Shown here in pieces: positions 59,256-64,000 of a stretch of 64,000 nucleotides of DNA (its first letter is position 1; each line of letters begins with the position of its first letter). The stretch is taken from contig CBDDCK010000005.1 of assembly GCA_965225855.1 (NCBI GenBank), positions 96,001 to 160,000 on the forward strand, written 5' to 3'. Both the position numbers and the translations under genes were made by a program. Origin of the DNA: Spirochaetia bacterium (GTDB lineage Bacteria > Spirochaetota > Spirochaetia > SP-2023). The notes under the pieces were generated by a model, which was not told where the DNA came from, ran no database searches, and saw only the letters and a program-made list of their open reading frames with translations.

Positions 59256-60215
59256 ATGAAAAAAAGTTACCATATATTGCAAGCCATACAAGAAAAATAT
59301 CGTATTTTTTTTATATTAATTATTATGATTATGGCATCTTCCTTGATTAATCCTAACTTTTTGAGCTTGGCCAATTTATCCAATGTATCCCGCCAGGTTT
59401 CTGTAACGACAATCTTGGCATTTGGGGCAACGATATTGATTATCTGCGGTCTCATTGATTTATCGTGCGGTTCTGTCCTTGCACTATCGGGCTTGCTTTC
59501 GGTTTCTGTATTGAAAAATACCGGCTCGTTGTTTTTTGCATTTATTACGGCAATTGTAGTTAGTGTTGCAGCCAACTTGATTAATGCCATCATGGTTACC
59601 CGATTTCGAGTTCCGGCATTTATTGCCACACTAGCTATGCTTGCCATGGCACGAGGCACTGCGCTGTTATATACCAAGGGGCAAAATATTTATCAAATTG
59701 AAAGATATACTATCTTCAGTCAAAGCTCTGTTTGGGGCGTTCCCACGCCTTTGCTTTTTTTATGCTTCTTTTTGCTGGTTACCTGGTATGTTTTACAGAA
59801 TACCATATTAGGACGGTCTTTATTTGCCATCGGAGGCAATGAAAATGCCGCTATTGCCTCGGGAATCGATTCCCATCGGTGCAAAATATGGGCATTTCTC
59901 ATTAATGGGATTTTTGTCGGAGTGGCGGGAGTTTTATTTATGTCGCGTGTCAATGCTGGTTTACCGAATGCGGCAATTGGCTATGAGCTACATGCACTCA
60001 CCGCTTCTATCATTGGCGGAACCAGTTTTTCCGGTGGTATTGGCACAGCGGCCGGTACCGCCGCCGGAGCATTTATTGTGGGCTTTTTAAACAACATTAT
60101 GAATTTAGCCAATGTAGATTCTTACCTACAGCAAGTAGTACGCGGCTTCGTAATTGCACTAGCGGTTATTTATGATATGCACTCAAAAACACAACGAGAA
60201 TCTAGCCGCTATTAA
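59256..60215 (+). CDS. Sugar ABC permease 2
   Basis: IDLSCGS, FAIGGNE and YELHALTASIIGG motifs. Confidence 0.93.
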   Translation: MKKSYHILQAIQEKYRIFFILIIMIMASSLINPNFLSLANLSNVSRQVSVTTILAFGATILIICGLIDLSCGSVLALSGLLSVSVLKNTGSLFFAFITAIVVSVAANLINAIMVTRFRVPAFIATLAMLAMARGTALLYTKGQNIYQIERYTIFSQSSVWGVPTPLLFLCFFLLVTWYVLQNTILGRSLFAIGGNENAAIASGIDSHRCKIWAFLINGIFVGVAGVLFMSRVNAGLPNAAIGYELHALTASIIGGTSFSGGIGTAAGTAAGAFIVGFLNNIMNLANVDSYLQQVVRGFVIALAVIYDMHSKTQRESSRY

Positions 60216-60390
60216 TAGAAAAAATACTTTTCACTTTTCTTAAAACAAGTCCAGTATAAAACTCTACGCTGATGCAGGACGTGATAACTTTGTGCCATCG
60301 GACATGATAACTCGATTTTTTTCTACTTACCAAGGCTATAATTGGCAAAAGCAGCCTTGATAAATTTTTTAGTGCCTTGCTATGATATAG

Positions 60391-60430
60391 CTTTCCGCCT
60401 TGGATCAAGGCCTTGATCCAAGGCGGAAAG
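60391..60430. repeat. Perfect 40-bp palindrome
   Basis: CTTTCCGCCTTGGATCAAGG|CCTTGATCCAAGGCGGAAAG. Confidence 0.95.
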
Positions 60431-60679
60431 ATGTATTGCACCAATGCGGAACAATACTTTATACCAAGGCTATAATTAGTAAAAAGCAGCCTTGATAAAA
60501 AAACTTACCAAGGCTGCAATTGGCCAATGCAAGCGTTGCAACAACAAGATACAGCCTAATAGCCCAACAAAAAAGCCAACCAAGCATTGCTTACAGCATT
60601 TACTTGGTTGGCCTGCCCGCTAGCTTTCACTTAGCTGCTCTAAGAGCTATTGGGCAAGTAAGGTTAAACCAAACCCTAC

Positions 60680-62524
60680 TTACCTATTGAAAACTTTAAT
60701 ACCAGTGGTTGGGTCTTCTGGACTACCAGGTACAAATTCTGCTGCTGCTTCCAGGTTATATGCACCATTAGCATCACTATCACCATCGTTAACCAGTATC
60801 TTATTGACTTCCGCTTTTACATTACCGCTTAAAGTAATCCTTAAGCTTGTTGCACCTGCACCAGAACCTGTGGCTTTGTTTGCACCTGCAGTTGAGTGCC
60901 GTGGTAATGAGTATCTCTTTCTACCATCACCAGATACAAGCGTCAATTTGCTAAAGTCCCAGTCTGCAACTGCTCTCGGTAACCTGCTACCACTAATAAA
61001 TAACTCGCCTGTATTAGCTATGTAGGTTACGGAGTTGATCTGGCTTACGTAGCCACTAACGGTAATAGGATTGCTTGTGTCTTCTGCGCTACCAACTGCA
61101 AAGCCTGCTGCTGCTTCCAGGTTGTATGCACCAGTATTATCACTATCACCAGTCTTAACCAGTATCTTCTCGGCTTCCGCTTTTACACTACCGCTTAAAG
61201 TAATAGTTAAGTAGGTTGTACCTGCACGAGAACCTGTGGCTGTGTTTTCACCTGCAGTTTCGTGCTCGGGTAATGGGTATCTCTTACTACCATCACCGGA
61301 TACAAGCGTCAATTTGCTAAAGTCCCATCTTGCAATTGATGTCGGTAACTTGATACCTATAATATATAACTCGCCTGTATTAGCATCGTAGGTTACGGAG
61401 GTGATGCTGGCTGTATACCCGCTAACGGTAATAGGATTGGTTGTGTCTGCTGCGCTACCACCTGCAAAGCCTGCTGCTGCTTCCAGGTTGTATGCACCAG
61501 CATCATCACTATCACCATCGTTAACCAGTATCTTCTCGGCTTTGGCTTTTACACTACCTAGTAACTGAATATCTAAGCCTGTTGCACTTGCACTAGAACC
61601 TGTGGCTGTGTTTCTATTTTCAAAACCTATGGCTCTGTTTTCTTTACCTGTTGAGTGCCGGGGTAATGGGTATCTATTAGTACCGTCACCGGATACAAGC
61701 GTCAATTTGCTAAAGTCCCAGCCTGTAACTGCTTTTGGTAAATTAGTACCTGTAATCACTAACACGCCTGTAACAACATTGTAGGTTGCACGGGTAATTG
61801 CGGCTTGTTCGACTTGTTCGTCTTTAGGTTGCTTAGGCGACTGCTCTTCGACTTGTTCGACTTGTTCGACTTGTTCAGCTTGTTCGACTTGTTCGTCTTG
61901 TTCGTCTTGTTCGTCTTTAGGTTGCTTAGGCGACTGCTCTTCGACTTGTTCGACTTGTTCAGCTTGTTCGACTTGTTCGTCTTGTTCGTCTTGTTCGTCT
62001 TTAGGTTGCTTAGGCGACTGCTCTTCGACTTGTTCGACTTGTTCGTCTTCAGCTTGTTCGGCTGCGGGTACATTCCTAACGTCCAAGTCTTTAGGTGTAT
62101 TTAAACCCGCCCAAGCACCAGTGCCAACGCTAAGCAACCCTTTTTTTAGACCATTGCTATCCATACCGTCCTTGGCCTCAAGAGTAGCTTTATGTTGATC
62201 GGTAAGTCTAAGCCAAAGCGCTGTGCCATCGCTTTTAATACGGTACTTACCTTGTTCAAGACCGTTACTATTTACCCCAGTGGCTGGGTCATCTGCAGTA
62301 TAGGAACTTAAGGCTACGCCATCTAACGTGATAGTTTGGATTTGCGCTTCTGTAGGACTTAAGTTAGAACCTTGTACGGTTAACAGCGCCGTAGCAAAGT
62401 CGTAGATGGCGTTATTGATAGTCGGCCCAGAAGATCGATCATCGTCATCGGGTGGTGCGCAGGCAAAGGCCATAAAGGCCAGTAGCCAGGCTAATGGCAA
62501 TAAAAATAGTTTGAGCTTATACAT
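60680..62524 (-). CDS. Modular surface lipoprotein, paralogue 3 (1 A + acidic EQ-repeat linker + 3 B)
   Basis: Same signal and repeat types; linker at about 61804-62060 built from 9-bp EQV/EQD units with SPKQPKD x3. Confidence 0.87.
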   Translation of the reverse strand: MYKLKLFLLPLAWLLAFMAFACAPPDDDDRSSGPTINNAIYDFATALLTVQGSNLSPTEAQIQTITLDGVALSSYTADDPATGVNSNGLEQGKYRIKSDGTALWLRLTDQHKATLEAKDGMDSNGLKKGLLSVGTGAWAGLNTPKDLDVRNVPAAEQAEDEQVEQVEEQSPKQPKDEQDEQDEQVEQAEQVEQVEEQSPKQPKDEQDEQDEQVEQAEQVEQVEQVEEQSPKQPKDEQVEQAAITRATYNVVTGVLVITGTNLPKAVTGWDFSKLTLVSGDGTNRYPLPRHSTGKENRAIGFENRNTATGSSASATGLDIQLLGSVKAKAEKILVNDGDSDDAGAYNLEAAAGFAGGSAADTTNPITVSGYTASITSVTYDANTGELYIIGIKLPTSIARWDFSKLTLVSGDGSKRYPLPEHETAGENTATGSRAGTTYLTITLSGSVKAEAEKILVKTGDSDNTGAYNLEAAAGFAVGSAEDTSNPITVSGYVSQINSVTYIANTGELFISGSRLPRAVADWDFSKLTLVSGDGRKRYSLPRHSTAGANKATGSGAGATSLRITLSGNVKAEVNKILVNDGDSDANGAYNLEAAAEFVPGSPEDPTTGIKVFNR

Positions 62525-62951
62525 AAGCAATACCTCCAACAATGGATAAAGATTGGCCAACCCATACGGGCTAGTGTACAGTGCCCCATTTTGCTAGGGG
62601 GGGTGTTGCGTCAAGGCCTATATAAGCTTTTTGCAAGTTTTTTTGTGCTTTTTTTATGTTTTGGGCACTTTTTTTGTGTGTTAGTGTTGTAAGGTGGTTA
62701 AAAATCCATGCCAATCAAAAGGCTTGAGATTATTTGAGATACCTTGAGATTGCTTGAGATACCTTGGGTAAAAATTTGTAATACGCTAGACGCAGTCCGG
62801 GTGTTGCGTTGCGTTTCGTATGAAAGTATAAGAATTTGAGTTTTTTGTATCGCAGTACAGCCCAGTTTTTAGCAAAATAATACAATACAATTTTTTGCGA
62901 TTTTTTTAGAGACTGCCACAGTCTCATTGGAAAATCCCTAGGTTGCCAATC

Positions 62952-62996
62952 AAAAAAGCTAGTAAGGTTTTCAGTCAAAACCTTACTAGCTTTTTT
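62952..62996. terminator. 20-bp perfect hairpin, bidirectional terminator-like
   Basis: AAAAAAGCTAGTAAGGTTTT-CAGTC-AAAACCTTACTAGCTTTTTT; the right arm is repeated again at about 63000-63017. Confidence 0.55.
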
Positions 62997-63320
62997 CAGA
63001 AACCTTACTAGCTTTTTGAGACCGTGGCCCGTTACCATGATATTTTGAAAGCATATTGTTGCCCAATTACTGCCGACAATGGCCCATAGGCCGAAAAACA
63101 AAAATTTTTTACTTGTTCCATTTGTGGATTCAGCCGAAAGGCATAAAAAAAGCGGTGCATGGTTTGGTTATCCTGGCACCGCTTTGGCTTTTTGAAGTTT
63201 TGAGCGTTTTTTCTCTGGTTTGGTGTTAAAAATGGATTCTGGCTTTTTCTCGTGCAATGAAAATTTTTTACTTTTTTATTTTGGTTTTACTTTTTTATTT
63301 TGGAAAGTAAGCCAATTTTA

Positions 63321-63391
63321 CCTTCCCATTTGTTCCAAAAAATCCCGAGTTATCACGTCCTATCCCGTTAAGTTATCATGTCCTCTTTCAG
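63321..63391 (+). repeat. About 70-bp direct repeat of 173-244
   Basis: CCTTCCCATTTGT.CCAAAAAATCCCGAGTTATCACGTC.TATCCCGTT.AGTTATCATGTCCTCTTTCAG at both sites. Confidence 0.85.
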
Positions 63392-63438
63392 AAAGTCTGT
63401 GCTTTGCCTTTTTGATATTAAAAGTTTAGGCTAAGCAC

Positions 63439-63467
63439 TTGGCTTTACTTATACTTTAGGGTATATT
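63439..63467 (+). promoter_or_regulatory. Copy of the Bdr-type promoter module
   Basis: TTGGCT-17-TATATT identical to 48484-48512; another copy, TTGGCT-17-TACACT, at 63668-63696. Confidence 0.65.
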
Positions 63468-63500
63468 GGGCTAAATTTTATCTACAATGTAGCCAAGACA

Positions 63501-63650
63501 ATGACCGATCAAGAATTAAAAGACTTAGTAGCCGGCGTAGCCATTGCCCAAGACCAAACGATTAAGCAAATCAGAGACTTAAGAGCTTTCCATTTGCCTT
63601 TTTTGTTGGGTGCTAGGTCAAACCAAACTCTTGCTTTGATTTTTTACTAA
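63501..63650 (+). pseudogene. Truncated coiled-coil gene (N-terminus resembling DUF3782-type proteins)
   Basis: MTDQELKDLVAGVAIAQDQTIKQIRDL, then runs into the repeated promoter module. Confidence 0.5.
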
Positions 63651-63817
63651 AAGTTTAAGCTAAGCACTTGGCTTTATTTATGCTTTAGGGTACACTGGTC
63701 CAGTATAAAATAAACTAAGGAATAGCCGAGTCTCTGAAGTATTTAGGTTCTTATACAATTATTGAAACAAATAAGTTTTACTTGCACTAGTTTAACTATT
63801 CCCGTAAAGTATCTGCT

Positions 63818-64000
63818 ATGATTGAAGTAATCGAAAAGCAATCGGATATGGTTATTGTGCAAATGAACGAGACCGAAGGCCCGAATATTTTTACAGAAAA
63901 GTTTGTATCTAAATTTATCCATATTTGGCAACAATTATGCAAAGTTATCAAACCGAAAGTAGTTATTTTGCAAGGGCGCAGTGATGTATTTTGTGCCGGA
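63818..64000 (+). CDS. Enoyl-CoA hydratase/crotonase family, 5' part (cut by the window end)
   Basis: Open frame MIEVIEKQSDMVIVQMNETEGPNIFT...KVVILQGRSDVFCAG; not in the supplied ORF track. Confidence 0.75.
   Translation, partial: MIEVIEKQSDMVIVQMNETEGPNIFTEKFVSKFIHIWQQLCKVIKPKVVILQGRSDVFCAG

Noticed and set aside
62730..63429. ORFs 62730-63101 and 63220-63429
   Set aside because: They span hairpins and low-complexity repeats with no protein-like motifs.

Overview
Bacterial chromosomal window, AT-rich. It is most likely from a host-associated spirochaete; this is inferred from a tp0956-0958-like TatT/DctP/DctQM operon, Bdr-like repeat proteins and lipoprotein signal peptides. (1) The centre (about 14.0-36.2 kb, minus strand) is a tandem array of cassettes, each built as [22-bp repeat array + sigma70 promoter] - [type III ModA-like DNA methyltransferase with a different TRD] - [translationally coupled 37-aa-TPR protein ending in a swappable C-terminal domain, either DUF2971-like or 2-TM]. 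There are four intact mod genes, one internally deleted mod, one 3' remnant and no res gene. This is the best candidate for an undescribed diversifying defence or epigenetic system. (2) 5.5-13.9 kb looks like a sulfoquinovose transaldolase (sulfo-SFT/TAL) catabolic cluster with a GH188-like NAD+-dependent sulfoquinovosidase and a TRAP transporter. (3) 37.5-47.7 kb holds infA, a TPAT/TRAP operon with an SxxS TlpA-like protein and an acyl-CoA synthetase, then proC, proB and radC. (4) Regions 1-3 lie between two inverted, imperfect copies (about 3.5-3.9 kb) of a modular surface lipoprotein plus Bdr-like gene unit; a third lipoprotein paralogue lies at 60.7-62.5 kb. (5) 52.3-60.2 kb is a polyol dehydrogenase plus two sugar ABC transporters. 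The window ends in a truncated crotonase gene. No rRNA, tRNA, CRISPR array, transposase or integrase was recognised. All family calls come from motif recognition by eye, not from database searches.
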